Part shown: positions 1 through 12,000 of the stretch, piece after piece
How positions within the stretch are numbered: the stretch's first letter is position 1
Layout: each line of letters begins with the position of its first letter
NCBI GenBank assembly: GCA_965197525.1
Contig: OZ240211.1
Location: 192,001 to 256,000, forward strand
Origin: Nitrosopumilus sp.
GTDB lineage: Archaea > Thermoproteota > Nitrososphaeria > Nitrososphaerales > Nitrosopumilaceae
Length of the DNA: 64,000 nucleotides
Direction: 5' to 3'
Translations under genes and position numbers: made by a program
The notes under the pieces: generated by a model
Databases searched by the model: none
What the model saw: only the letters and a program-made list of their open reading frames with translations
What the model was told of the DNA's origin: nothing

Positions 1-47
1 AGTTAGGGAAATAAATCCATCCAGTTGGGCAACAAACCCAGTTATTG

Positions 48-263
48 TTATGGATTCAGATTCTTAAACTCTAAGCATTTTTCATCAAATTCATTTAGAT
101 ACTGCTTGGCATTGATCTTTGGATCTATGATGTATATCTCACAGGTCTCAGAATCAATAACTGGCATACCGGCTTTTTCACTATTACTGATAACTTGAAA
201 GGTGAGAATTCCCACAAGTATGATTATTATCATGGTTGCAAATTTGGCAGAATACACATCCAT
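48..263 (-). CDS. Small membrane-anchored hypothetical protein (71 aa)
   Basis: ORF with an N-terminal hydrophobic helix (IIIILVGILTFQVI), downstream of ilvD on the same strand. Confidence 0.55.
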   Translation of the reverse strand: MDVYSAKFATMIIIILVGILTFQVISNSEKAGMPVIDSETCEIYIIDPKINAKQYLNEFDEKCLEFKNLNP

Positions 264-397
264 AAACTATCTGAAAATTGCTTCAAACATAAGTGTAATC
301 ATTGGATACGGCGTGCTGTATGTAACATGCAACAAGTCTTATAATTAGATGTGTCTGAAATCTTTTTGCTATTTTTCTTTTTGATACTTTGGAAATT

Positions 398-2071
398 TTA
401 CGGCTTGGACCCGGTAGTTGCACCATGTGCTGCTGAACCCACCAGTGTTGCATACTTTGCAAGTGCACCTGTAGTGTAGTTAGGTTTGGGCTTGTGCCAC
501 TGCTGTCTCCTGTTCTCTATCTCCTCTCCTGATACGTGAAGATCGATTATGCCTGTCCTGACATCGATTGTTATTTTGTCGCCATCTTTGACTAGGGCTA
601 TGGGGCCGCCTACATATGCTTCAGGCGCAACATGACCTACCATGAATCCGCGCGTACCTCCTGAGAATCTTCCATCAGTTACCATTGCAACTTGTTTCCC
701 TAATCCCTGACCTACAAGTGCTGCAGTAGTTGCCAACATCTCCCTCATTCCTGGACCTCCTTTTGGTCCTTCGTATCTGATTACCACTACGTCTCCAGGC
801 TCAATCTCGCCTTTTGATACTGCATCAAATGCGTATTCTTCCCTATCAAACACGCGAGCTCTGCCTGTAAATTCTACCCTCTCGACTCCTGCTGTTTTAA
901 TTACAGCACCTTCTGGCGCAAGACTTCCCTTGAGAATTACTGCAGTTCCTACCGCGTGTAGTGGTTCGTCTACTGTCTTTACTATGTGCTGTTCTACCTC
1001 TGGAATCTTTATCAGGTTGAGATTATCCTTGATTGTCTTGCCAGTAACTGTGACGCAACCCTCGTTTAGCAATTTCTTATCTAGCAATCTCTTTAACACA
1101 AATGGAATTCCGCCAATCTTGTCAAGCGAGTTCATGACATAGTTTCCACCAGGCTTCATATCTGCTAGATGGGGTGTTTTCTTTCTTATTCTTTCAAAAT
1201 CGTCATATGTCAAGTCGATGTTTACCTCATTTGCCAGTGCAAGTAAATGTAGTATTCCATTAGTTGATCCTCCGACGGAGTTTAACATTGTTATTGCGTT
1301 TTCAAATGCTTCAAATGTAAAGATCTCTTTTGGTCTAATATTATTCTCTAGCAGTGTTGTACATGCAACCCCCGTATCGTATACCATCTTGTCTCGCCTT
1401 GCATCTTCAGCTGGAGGGCTTGCACTTCCTGGCAATGCTATGCCTATCGCTTCTGATATTGATGCCATGGTATTTGCAGTAAACATCCCTCCGCAAGAAC
1501 CGGCGTTTGGGCATGCGGTATTTTCAATGTTTGTCAATGCCTCAAGTGATATCTCTCCTGCATCGTATGCACCAACTGCCTCGTATACATCAACTACTGT
1601 TAGCTCTCTTCCGTCTAACATTCCTGGCATGATGGTTCCACCATACACAAATACTGACGGAATGTTCAGTCTTGCCATTGCCATCATTGTTCCAGGCAGG
1701 CTCTTATCGCATCCTGCAATACCTACTAGAGCATCGTATTGATGTGCTCTTACCATTAGTTCAATAGAGTCTGCAATGACTTCACGAGAGACAAGCGATG
1801 ACTTCATTCCTTCGTGCCCCATTGCAATCCCGTCACTTACTGCAATCGTAGAGAATTCTCTTGGTGTTGCACCAGCATCTGTTATTCCTGCCTTGGCTTG
1901 TAGTGCCAATCTGGGAAGGTGAATGTTACATGGAGTGGCCTCATTTCCTGTATGGCACACCCCGATAAACTGTTTTGATAGGTCGTCATCATTTAGACCC
2001 ATAGCCTTGTACATTGCTCTGTGTGGCGCTCTGGCAGTGCCCTCTACTACGTTTCTGCTGGAGATTTCCAT
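398..2071 (-). CDS. ilvD: Dihydroxy-acid dehydratase
   Basis: IlvD motifs [47 protein letters not shown]. Confidence 0.97.
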   Translation of the reverse strand: MEISSRNVVEGTARAPHRAMYKAMGLNDDDLSKQFIGVCHTGNEATPCNIHLPRLALQAKAGITDAGATPREFSTIAVSDGIAMGHEGMKSSLVSREVIADSIELMVRAHQYDALVGIAGCDKSLPGTMMAMARLNIPSVFVYGGTIMPGMLDGRELTVVDVYEAVGAYDAGEISLEALTNIENTACPNAGSCGGMFTANTMASISEAIGIALPGSASPPAEDARRDKMVYDTGVACTTLLENNIRPKEIFTFEAFENAITMLNSVGGSTNGILHLLALANEVNIDLTYDDFERIRKKTPHLADMKPGGNYVMNSLDKIGGIPFVLKRLLDKKLLNEGCVTVTGKTIKDNLNLIKIPEVEQHIVKTVDEPLHAVGTAVILKGSLAPEGAVIKTAGVERVEFTGRARVFDREEYAFDAVSKGEIEPGDVVVIRYEGPKGGPGMREMLATTAALVGQGLGKQVAMVTDGRFSGGTRGFMVGHVAPEAYVGGPIALVKDGDKITIDVRTGIIDLHVSGEEIENRRQQWHKPKPNYTTGALAKYATLVGSAAHGATTGSKP

Positions 2072-2158
2072 GGTGTCGTTTTGATAGCGGCATAATTTAG
2101 ACTTTGATATTACTAATGATTAGTTGACTTTAAATTTGCATGTATTTTTGACCGGTTA

Positions 2159-2362
2159 GTGGAGCAAAAAGCATTAGAGTGTCCTGTATGTAAAGGTAAT
2201 AAAGCAGAGATTGCAGGTAAGGATATAAAACTTGGCGGCAGGTTTGAGGATAAAGAGTTTCTGACAGCTCCATTAACTGTGCTCCGTTGTTCTACATGTG
2301 GTTATTACATGTTCTTTGATAAAATGGCTCAATTTACAACTAGGAACTCATCTTCTGACTAG
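2159..2362 (+). CDS. Small zinc-ribbon protein
   Basis: 67 aa with CPVC...CSTCG cysteine pairs. Confidence 0.6.
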   Translation: MEQKALECPVCKGNKAEIAGKDIKLGGRFEDKEFLTAPLTVLRCSTCGYYMFFDKMAQFTTRNSSSD

Positions 2363-2641
2363 TTGGCCGTCTTATCGGTTTTGTGTTTTGTTCTTGTTAT
2401 TGTGTTTGTATGATCTTTTTTAACTACTCTTGTATGTGTAAAAATATTTTGATATTGATTAACTACATCTGTTAAACCATATTGAATTGTCGTAGGCGTA
2501 ACTACAATCAAAACAGTCATCATCTCAAACACACATAATAATAATTATATTACATCCAAACGAATCAGTAATTGAGAAAAAACATTCTAACAGTATGCTA
2601 TATCTTGTAGACTATATTACTGGCCATGTTTTTTTCTTCGT

Positions 2642-3238
2642 TTATTTGACTAGTGGCTGATTATCCAGCTGTACAAGGTTATCTTCTATCTCTTCTGGAG
2701 TCTCGCCGCCAAATAGAATTAGTATTCTGTCTTCTTCTTCTATTTCGTACTCTCTTATGTCATCTACCTTTTCTCTATTTATGAAAAAGTGCAACGTATA
2801 GTCTTCATCTGTACAAAACTGTTTTCCATCTGGAAATATGTAACATTGATCATCAATACCTATCCCTAACGTCTCAAACAGGTATCCCAATGTTACCCCT
2901 GTCGCATGCTTGTGAACTGTGGTGCCGTCTCTGCCTTCAAAGTGAATCCAACTTGACTTGATTTGAAATGCTGGACTGGAAAAATCAAACGTATCGCCAA
3001 ATATCTTTACAAGCATTGCTGCATGTGAGTGCTCACTGCCCAATGCCCCAAAATCATCAGGTATTCCGGGGGCTGAGTTATCTAGATTTACAAACAGAAA
3101 TGACGCATATCCTACAATAACTCCGATAACTGCCAACACTCCAATAGCTATGAGTGTCTGTTTTCTTTTTTCAGCCGAGTGTTTAGTAGCATAATTTTCA
3201 CGTTTTGCCTCACGTTCTCGTCTCTCTTTTCTGCCCAT
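2642..3238 (-). CDS. Conserved membrane-anchored protein with His-rich extracellular domain
   Basis: Basic N-terminus, one TM helix, then EHSHA and HFEG...VHKHA motifs. Confidence 0.7.
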   Translation of the reverse strand: MGRKERREREAKRENYATKHSAEKRKQTLIAIGVLAVIGVIVGYASFLFVNLDNSAPGIPDDFGALGSEHSHAAMLVKIFGDTFDFSSPAFQIKSSWIHFEGRDGTTVHKHATGVTLGYLFETLGIGIDDQCYIFPDGKQFCTDEDYTLHFFINREKVDDIREYEIEEEDRILILFGGETPEEIEDNLVQLDNQPLVK

Positions 3239-3598
3239 TGGTCGTTCTCGCTATGAAATTTACCCTAATAAACCATACAAAATGAGATTCCAGTAAATCT
3301 AGATGGTTTGCTGTGACACTGCGCAAAAACGACGTTTTTCGCCTTTTTCTGAATTTGGCCTTGCGTTATTGAAATAAATGTTGTCAGTTGCTACACTGTG
3401 ATCTGTATTTTATCTATACCTACAAGTACTTTGAATCATTTTGCAGATCTTTTTGTAAATTTAGCTAGTCATCAGCTGCACATCTCTTCTGGATGATTGT
3501 ATACCATCTTTTTGCAGTTTTAATTAGAGGGACACAGTTGATTAATCAAAATACAAACTATCCATAAATGTTTTTAACTAGCTGTTTGAAATGATTAC

Positions 3599-4345
3599 AT
3601 GAATAATCTGTATCTTGTGCTTGTGATTGTACTAGTTGGAGGCATTACTGCAACGACTGCAACTTTTGCTCAAAGTGACTTGTCAATACCCGAATGGGTA
3701 CGAAATACTGCTGTGTGGTGGGGTCAAGGCGATATAGGTGATTCAGAGTTTGTCAATCTTTTACAGTTTCTAATTGACAAAAATATAATCATTATACCTA
3801 CCGCTACTGACAATCAATCCCAAATTCAGGAATTGGAAGATAAGATAGAACAGTTGCAGAGTTCTAATACAGTATCAATCAAGAATGCCTATGACAGAGG
3901 ATATGCAGATGGAAAGAATGCAGCCTCCTCATCCTCTTTCACATCACCACCACCACCAAGTCATACTGCTGACTCTTCAACTCTTGGAATAGTCCATGGT
4001 ATAGTTACCAAAAACATTGATGGCAATACAATAGATATATCCGGAGAGCGCATAAGATCTCCATTTGTATGGGTTGCGGACTCAGGCAACAAGACCGCTG
4101 AGCATGCCATGTATGCAAGAGAGTTGTGTCCTGAAGGATCTGCTGCACATTATGACATTGACGACAACCAACCAGTTGGCAAATACGGCAGAACCATTGC
4201 GATGGTATGGTGTGAGGGGCAGACAAAATCCCTTGATCAGCTTATGGTGGAATCCGGATTGGGATGGATAAAACAGTACTATTGCCAAAAGTCAGAGTTC
4301 CGAGATTTGGATTGGGTCAATAACTGCCAAGACAGCTTACCGTAA
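3599..4345 (+). CDS. Secreted protein: thaumarchaeal IPxW-WW domain fused to a thermonuclease (SNase)-like domain
   Basis: Signal peptide; IPEWVRNTAVWWGQGDIGDSEFVNLLQFLI motif; C-terminal IDGNTI...KYGRTIAMV...MVESGLG SNase-like pattern. Confidence 0.75.
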   Translation: MNNLYLVLVIVLVGGITATTATFAQSDLSIPEWVRNTAVWWGQGDIGDSEFVNLLQFLIDKNIIIIPTATDNQSQIQELEDKIEQLQSSNTVSIKNAYDRGYADGKNAASSSSFTSPPPPSHTADSSTLGIVHGIVTKNIDGNTIDISGERIRSPFVWVADSGNKTAEHAMYARELCPEGSAAHYDIDDNQPVGKYGRTIAMVWCEGQTKSLDQLMVESGLGWIKQYYCQKSEFRDLDWVNNCQDSLP

Positions 4346-4393
4346 CGCTACAGAGTCTTAAAACAATAAATAAAATCAAACGGTCATCTCTTT

Positions 4394-4804
4394 ATGACTT
4401 GTATTTTTTGTGATATTTTAGATGACAGACGCGATGCACACTTTATCTACAAAGACAAGTCACATGTAGCCTTTTTAGACAAATATCCAATTGATGTTGG
4501 ACATGCCTTGATCATTCCAAGAGAACATCATGAACGAATCACTGATATGAGTCATGACGATGTTGGGAATCTCTTCTCCATTGTGCCCAAGGTAGCAGAG
4601 GCGGTATTATCTGCGACACATGCTGATGCGTTTAGTATTGGACAAAACAACGGACGGGCAGCCAAGCAGATAATCCCTCATGTTCATGTACATATAATTC
4701 CTAGATACAACAGTAAGGGATCCATATGGACCAAACGCCAGATTACCAGCGATGGTGATTTGGCAGAACTTGCATCAAAGATTCGTGCTATACTTGTTAC
4801 TTAG
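4394..4804 (+). CDS. HIT family hydrolase
   Basis: CIFC start and HVHVHIIPR histidine triad. Confidence 0.93.
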   Translation: MTCIFCDILDDRRDAHFIYKDKSHVAFLDKYPIDVGHALIIPREHHERITDMSHDDVGNLFSIVPKVAEAVLSATHADAFSIGQNNGRAAKQIIPHVHVHIIPRYNSKGSIWTKRQITSDGDLAELASKIRAILVT

Positions 4805-6080
4805 AAGAATGACCTGGATTATATCTCAAGATTGCACCAACCTTACCGAGGCTTCCAAGATTATTCCCGTATTCTGTGCTACCTGATATGACTTCTAAAT
4901 GTGTACCTGTCTTTGCTGCTAGTATCTCTAGATAGTCTACAATATCTTGCTCGTTGACATCTACCTCCATTGCGTTACAGTTAGGGCATGGATTGTTAGA
5001 GTACTCTGTCTTTTTTGGAATGACTAACTTTCGTTCTACTATGTCTTCTTGTATGTGCTCGCATCGTTTACATTTTGCATTGATTTTATACAAGTTTGTA
5101 TTATCTGTGATTATCAAAGTTTGCACTACATTGTTTTTTAGATACTCTATTACTTCTTGTAATCCGTATGAGCCTTTTCCGGTGTTTGAGTTGATCTCTC
5201 TGAACAGATCTTCTACTAGTTTCTTCTCTTCTACCATTCTGAAGTTGCCTAAAATGTCTGAGGATTTTGTGAATGCTTCTCTTATACCTTCTGGACCCGA
5301 GTATGATGCATCAATTGTTGATATGATGTTGTTTTGTAATCTGTACTCTAGGTAATTCCCATTGATAAAATCCTCTTTTGTAGGTCCGGGACCTGAAATT
5401 ATCAATCCCTTGACTGGATAGATATCAATAAAGTACTCTCTTGTAGTTTGTGCGACTCTGTTATAGTAGTATGTTAATTCCATCTCTCTGAGTTTTTGAA
5501 ATCTCTTTGCAGACTGCCCTCCCTGTCTGTGCTTTCCTGCAACTCCTGAACCTGTATGATCCAAAACCTCAATCTTGTCTCCTTGGAGCAGTCCCCATCC
5601 TGCATCCTTTGCATCAATTGCAAGAAATCCTATCAGATTGTCATCTTTTAGCATATCTTTTAGTATATCTACATGAAAATGATCATCACATCTGTACAGA
5701 TATTGCTTCAAATCTTTTGGGGGATCAATCTCCCATACTTTTACTACCTCGCTACCTAACGGACCTCCTTCTTCGGGGGGTAATGCACCACAAAACATCA
5801 CTAGTCCTCTCTCAGGCGTCTTTTTGTACATCTTTAGCCTCTGCACAACTTTACCTAGTGAATCCACTACGTGGCTTCTTGTAAGATCTGACTTTATGTT
5901 GTCAGCTGTTCCCTGTTCTTGTTGAAGTGTGTTGATAATCTCGTGTAACTGCTTTCCTTTTGGAATGTATACTGTGATGAGTTCTGTTCCTCTACCTGAT
6001 TTGTTTGATAACTCTTCTAGTGTCTTTCTGATCTTGTAGAGTTTTACCGAATCTTGTTTTTCGATGTTAATTTTTGGCAT
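4797..6080 (-). CDS. prf1: Archaeal peptide chain release factor 1 (aRF1)
   Basis: NIKS and GGQ motifs; C-terminal CKRC/CPNC Zn-ribbon insertion. Confidence 0.97.
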   Translation of the reverse strand: MPKINIEKQDSVKLYKIRKTLEELSNKSGRGTELITVYIPKGKQLHEIINTLQQEQGTADNIKSDLTRSHVVDSLGKVVQRLKMYKKTPERGLVMFCGALPPEEGGPLGSEVVKVWEIDPPKDLKQYLYRCDDHFHVDILKDMLKDDNLIGFLAIDAKDAGWGLLQGDKIEVLDHTGSGVAGKHRQGGQSAKRFQKLREMELTYYYNRVAQTTREYFIDIYPVKGLIISGPGPTKEDFINGNYLEYRLQNNIISTIDASYSGPEGIREAFTKSSDILGNFRMVEEKKLVEDLFREINSNTGKGSYGLQEVIEYLKNNVVQTLIITDNTNLYKINAKCKRCEHIQEDIVERKLVIPKKTEYSNNPCPNCNAMEVDVNEQDIVDYLEILAAKTGTHLEVISGSTEYGNNLGSLGKVGAILRYNPGHSSK

Positions 6081-6333
6081 GTATTATCCCCTGTCTTTTA
6101 TCTGTAAATATTTACTGTTGTTCACGTATGTTTTAGGCTACCTTTTATACTGAATGTAGTTCGTTGGATGTGCATGTAAAGAGGATGATGAAGAAGAATA
6201 AACAGAATGACTGTCTGTATACGCACATTTTTGTCAGTTGATATTAACTATGGTATTGTATCTTTCTCATATCTGTTCATCTATGTTTTTACATTGTCTG
6301 ATTACACGTTGACTGATTGATACTATCTATTCA

Positions 6334-6981
6334 CTATTCCACTGCATCAAACGTTCTCAAAAATGTCTCTAATGGTTGATTCCCTCTGATTTTTATGGTT
6401 TTTTGTTCATCAAATACTAAAAATGACGGTGTTGCATCAATTCCTATCTCTTGTCCATGCTCGTACTGGGAAATTACCATATCTTGATATGCATGATCAC
6501 CAAGACAAGCATTAAACTCGTCTATATTCAAGTTTATAGTCTCTGCAAATCTGTTCAGTGACTCTATGGTTATCCACCCTGTCCTTTCTCCGCCCCAGTT
6601 CTTGTACAACTCGTCGTGATACTGCCAGTACTTGTCTTGGTTATTGGCACAGTGCGTTGCTTCTGCTGCAAGTAGTGAATCAGGCCCATTTAATGGATAG
6701 TCTCTGAAGACCAGTTTTACTTTACCCGTGTCTATAAAATCCTCCTTGATTGTATTTAGCGTACTTTGGTGAAACTTGTAGCAAAAGGTACATTGATAGT
6801 CGCCCCATTCCACAATTGTGATTGGGGCATCTCTGTCACCTAAAATCGGTGAGGCGTTATTTATCAACTTTGCAGCAGTTAAACTGTTATCTGAATCTGT
6901 TTCAGAGTACAATGATGCTAGGAACATGCCTGTGACTATTCCAACGACTATTGGTATGGCAAGAAAAATTAGCGTTGACAT
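6334..6981 (-). CDS. DsbA-family thioredoxin-fold protein, membrane-anchored
   Basis: EWGDYQCTFC CxxC active site, ATPSF cis-Pro loop, N-terminal TM helix. Confidence 0.9.
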   Translation of the reverse strand: MSTLIFLAIPIVVGIVTGMFLASLYSETDSDNSLTAAKLINNASPILGDRDAPITIVEWGDYQCTFCYKFHQSTLNTIKEDFIDTGKVKLVFRDYPLNGPDSLLAAEATHCANNQDKYWQYHDELYKNWGGERTGWITIESLNRFAETINLNIDEFNACLGDHAYQDMVISQYEHGQEIGIDATPSFLVFDEQKTIKIRGNQPLETFLRTFDAVE

Positions 6982-7238
6982 GATACATTAAAAATTATTT
7001 TAGGATGGTATTTTTAGATGCAGTTTTAAGATAACTTTTTTTTTAAATGATATTGAATTATGTATAGATTGTTTCATAGTATGGTTTACGTGTAGTTCCT
7101 TTTAAATGATATCAAAGTAGCTTTGATATGTGATCTTCGTTATAATTGATATTTAATATACATTGGAATGATTTTTCTTGTACAAGTTTCTGACCAGAAG
7201 CAAAAATAACATTCGAAACTATTGCAATTTAGTTTTTA

Positions 7239-8771
7239 GAGATTATGGGTAATCGATTATAATATATGTGTATTACATTTTTTAATAACATATGTGTAAA
7301 CAATAAAACGATTCCCGATAAAAAGTCTACATATATGCATATAGAAATGAAAAAAGCCAAAACAACATGCGCAGGCATACAGCACGTCAGGTGCGCGGTA
7401 ATTATTGTGTCATTGGTATGGCGACATCACTGCCGCCCTTGCGTTAGCCACAGAATCTCTTGCGCATCCTTGGACTTCCCCTGCGAAGTGTCATCATCAG
7501 GTGCAAGTTTACCAAGCCTGCAACGATATTCATCTCGCAGTTGAGCTCATCTTCTGTGCCCTCATACGGATCACTCATCTGGGCATACTGTTTTAGCCTG
7601 CCGATGCTATTCTCTACTGTAACCCTGATGCTGCTGACTTTTTTGTTGTGCTTTTTTTGTTCAGCTGTCAGCTGACCCCTCTTCTTTTCTCCTTTTCTCC
7701 TGCGCGGTCTCTTGTGAGGCATGATTACGTTTGCACCGGGAATGTCATTTTGTATCCCAAGATATCCCAGATCCATATACACTGTGAATCTCTCTTTTGT
7801 GGGAGTGTCCCCGTCATGCATCTTTTTAGCCCATCTGCCAAACGGAAGCGGATCTTCTTTGAGCAGTGTCAGGTCGTGTGTCTTGCCTACTATGGTATCA
7901 CTTAGCCCCAGTATGATGTTGTTTGTGGTAGTTGTTATGGTGGTGTTTAATGTGTGCCTCTTCTTCTTCTTGCCTGAATACGTCTCTTTTCTTCTATCCC
8001 TGTCGCCTGAAACGACGTACTGGTATGTGAGTGCCATCTACTAGTATTACCCCTGCACCATTTCCAGGAATGAACTCCTTTAGATCACTTGCAGTCTTGC
8101 ATTTTGATATCTCCTTTGAGATCCTGTGTGGTGTCGGAAGTATAGTACCGAGTATCTTTTTGCAGAACTTGAGATAATCGCATACGCTGGACTGGTCTAT
8201 CCCAAAGAATGCCGCTAGGTCTTTCTGTGTCCGATTACCCTTGAAGTGTATCAGACACATGAGAAGTGCATGTCTAGGATAGGGTTTACAACGGTTGCCG
8301 GGATCTTCTGCTCTTGACTCGTTGTTACGAAATAACGGTGCATCTTTGGACCTTTTGATTCCCTTCTCAAAATTATCTAGTACATATTCAAACTCTTCTT
8401 TTTTAAGCGATGCTATTCTACAAAGCCGTTTCTCGCTACTTGTTATTCCATCTAGTGTCTCGAGTCTGTGCAACAGCGCAGCATTTTCTGGGGTTGCTTG
8501 TATGTTGGTATTATGTCTGGTTTTCCACAAACTGTACTCAAAGCTCAACTCTTTGTCCTTTTGCCCTACAACCCTCTCTAATCTTTTGCTCTCGTTTTTG
8601 GACTGCGCAAGGGCATCTTGCAACATCTTGATCTCAGATGGATTTGACATGCACTAACGTTAGTTTAGTATGATATAGAACTAAATGATCATCAGTATTT
8701 GTGCTAGTACTAAAATTGATCAATTGTTAGGTTTGGATAGATTATGCATAATCTAGATTACCCATAATCTC
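7239..8771 (-). mobile_element. IS5-family (ISL2-like, DDE_Tnp_4) insertion sequence with frameshifted transposase
   Basis: Perfect 18-bp inverted repeat tagagattatgggtaatc (7237-7254) / gattacccataatctcta (8756-8773); the outer TA is probably the target duplication. Transposase split into two ORFs. Confidence 0.85.
7444..8650 (-). pseudogene. IS5-family transposase split by a 1-nt frameshift (ORFs 7994-8650 and 7444-8037)
   Basis: LVDGTH (D1) at the end of ORF1; YSGKKKKRH, YMDLGY (D2) and RVTVENSIGRLK (E) in ORF2. Removing one T at CGT CGT T TCA joins them. Confidence 0.8.
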
Positions 8772-9038
8772 TATTGTTGTCGGTATTACTTTTGAAAAAC
8801 ACAAGATAATATTATATGACATCTATATAAAACCAAAGGCTAACGTTGTTAGTCTTGTACTCTTTTTCTTTTATTCAATTTTAGTATGTTTTTGCAATTT
8901 GCATTTCTAAAAAAATCCAAATTTCTTACGGATAAACATATTTGCGAATACTGTTCACACGTATCAACTCATTTAGTCAATAATATTTTGGTTGGTATTC
9001 TAATTACAAATTGTTATTCAAAAAATAAGTGAAAAAAA

Positions 9039-12000
9039 TTGGTTAAGAATATTTTTGCTTTTTGCATAGGTGGATTCAGCAGTCATACTGGTTATCAAAA
9101 ATTGCAGTTACACTGGCTTTTGTTCCTCTCTGTGGTACTGGTGTCTGGGATGCTTGTATTGCATCCTGGTGTGTATGACATTTCAGTATCTAGTTGGGAG
9201 GAGACAGGGGATGTATTTGATGTGTTGCCAATAAAAGACGATGCGTTATCTTTGCAGTCATTCCAAGACGTCATTGTATCTGCAACATCTGCAAACAAAG
9301 AAGAAGGTGATATCACACTGCCTATGGATTCCATATTCCCTGCATCTTGGACTGATCTGATGGATTCAGCGACACATTCAATATTGCCCATACTTGCATA
9401 CGCTCAAACATCTAACTCTGATGCATTTATAACTACGTGGGATACTACCGGGGAAAAGACTACTACCCCCAACCTATCTATCGCCTCTGTTAAATTTCAT
9501 ATAGATGTCAAACCCGGCAGCCAAGTAACAGTTGATTGGGGGAACGGTCAATCAAATACGTACAATGCATCACAAGGCGTGTCTCATAACTATCAAAACA
9601 GTCAACCCGATGTGTCCAAAACCAACACTATTTCAATCACAGGTGATTTGGAGCGCTTTTATTTTTATTATGTTGAATCTTTCAAAACTCACGATTCCCC
9701 GCAGTTACTCATGTCACTAGACCAATGGGGTGATGCCAAATGGACTGACATGACAAATATGTTCAGAGGTGCTACAAACATGCAGTATAATGTAACTGAT
9801 GTGCCTGATCTCTCTTCTGGTCCTGATGTAGATTACATGTTCAGATACGTCAATTCGTTTAACGGTGATCTGTCTGACTGGGATGTATCTGAAATGACTG
9901 ATTTGGGATACATGTTTGCCGATACGCCATCTTTTAACTCTGACATCTCAGGTTGGGATGTATCTAAAGTGACTAGTATGGCTTACATGTTTGCGAATTC
10001 CCCCTCTTTTAACGCCGATATCTCAGGTTGGGATGTATCATCTGTGGAATACATGTATTATATGTTCGGCTCTGCATCCTCTTTTAACGCCGATATCTCA
10101 GGTTGGGATGTATCATCTGTGGAATACATGTATAATATGTTCGGTGCCGCATCCTCTTTTAACGCCGATATCTCAGGTTGGGATGTCTCATCTATGTATA
10201 GTGTGAGTCTGATGTCTGAGATGTTCTATGACGCATCCTCATTTGACCAGAATTTGGGACCTTGGTTTATTGTACTAGAAGATACGGTTGTAGGCCATGA
10301 CAAGACACAGGTTACCCCCATATCCTCACAGGTTACCTCCCTATCCTCATTTGTTGAGTTTGATGCAAATACTGACAACTATGACATTACAGGCGCTGAT
10401 GCCAATTATTTTACAATCACAGACGGGCATCTTGTCCTCAACTCCCCATCTGACTATAACTCTAAATCCCAATATGACATAACAATAACTGCCAACAACG
10501 CAGTTGTGGACAAACTGTATCTTGATGTGGCACCTTCCATTTCTGTTACTATTACAGTCAAACAACCCTCTGAAACAACTGTCACATCCATTGCAAGACA
10601 CAATCCCTTGACACCAACTACTGATAGTAGTACACTTCAATTCAAGGTACTGTTCAGTGATGATGTAACCAACGTAAACTCTGAGGACTTTGAGCTGTCT
10701 TCGAGCAGTCCTACAAATACTATACCACATACGTACACCAGTACCCCCTCACTATTCATACCATATGATACTGTCAAGACAGATACAATTACTGTATCTG
10801 ACTCTGACACTGTCTCTGCAGTATCCGTTTCAGTAGACATTACCCACGCATGGATAGGCGATCTCCTAGTCGAACTCATCTCGCCTGACAATCAAGTAGT
10901 AACACTGCACAACTATGCCGGTGACTCTGCAGACGACATCGTAAAAACATACATACTTGAATACGACGATGACGTCTCAATTAACGGCGATTGGCAGTTG
11001 CGCATGTATGATAACTATAATGCTGATAGCGGGACCTTGAACAACTGGTCAATTGCATTCGGTGATGACTCTGCATTCAATTCTATCACGTCAGTGACAG
11101 GTTCTGGTAACTTGTACTATGTTACAGTCGCATCATCCCAGGCAGGTACATACAACCTGGATATTGCAGAAGACAACGACATTGTAGACGCTTCAAGTAA
11201 TTCACTGGCCAGCCGTACACCCACAGGCGGTGATCAGTCATACACCGTTACTGCAACAGATGTTACTACAACAACTGATACCACACCTCCGGCACTCACA
11301 CTTGTAGGGTCACCTACCGTAACTATGGGTGTGGGCACCACATATACTGAGGACGGCGCCACCTGTATCGACAACAATGACGGCGATATCTCGTCGCAGA
11401 TTGGCATGACAGGTTCAGTGAATACAGGAACAGCTGGAACATACGTTATAACCTATACATGCACAGATGCTGCCAATAATCCTGCTACGCCGATAACTAG
11501 AACAGTCAGCGTTGTGGACTCGCCACCAACTGTTACATCCATCACAAGGCACAGTCCTGCAGAACAAAACACGAGTAACAGCACGCTTCAGTTCAGTGTA
11601 CTGTTCAGTGAGGCTGTAACTGGTGTAAGTCAGGACGATTTTGAGCTGTCCTCAGACAGTCCAACAGATGCTACTCCTCAGACATTTACATATTCTAGTG
11701 AGCCATCCCTCTTTGTACCATATGGTGTAACCAAGACAGATACAATCACCGTATCTGACTCTGCCACTGTTACATCAGTGTCAGTATCAGTGGATATCAC
11801 ACATACCTACATTGGCGATCTAAAGGTAGAACTCGTTGCACCTGACAATACAGCCCATACACTTCATAATCATATCGGCGGGTCAGATGATGATATTGTT
11901 AAAACTTACACACTTGAATACGACGATGACGTCTCAATTAACGGTGATTGGCAGTTGCGCCTGTATGATAACTATGACGCAGATGAGGGAACCTTGAACA

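Noticed and set aside
930-1742. Antisense ORFs over ilvD, and similar shadow ORFs over other genes
   Set aside because: They overlap well-supported genes on the opposite strand and have no recognisable motifs.
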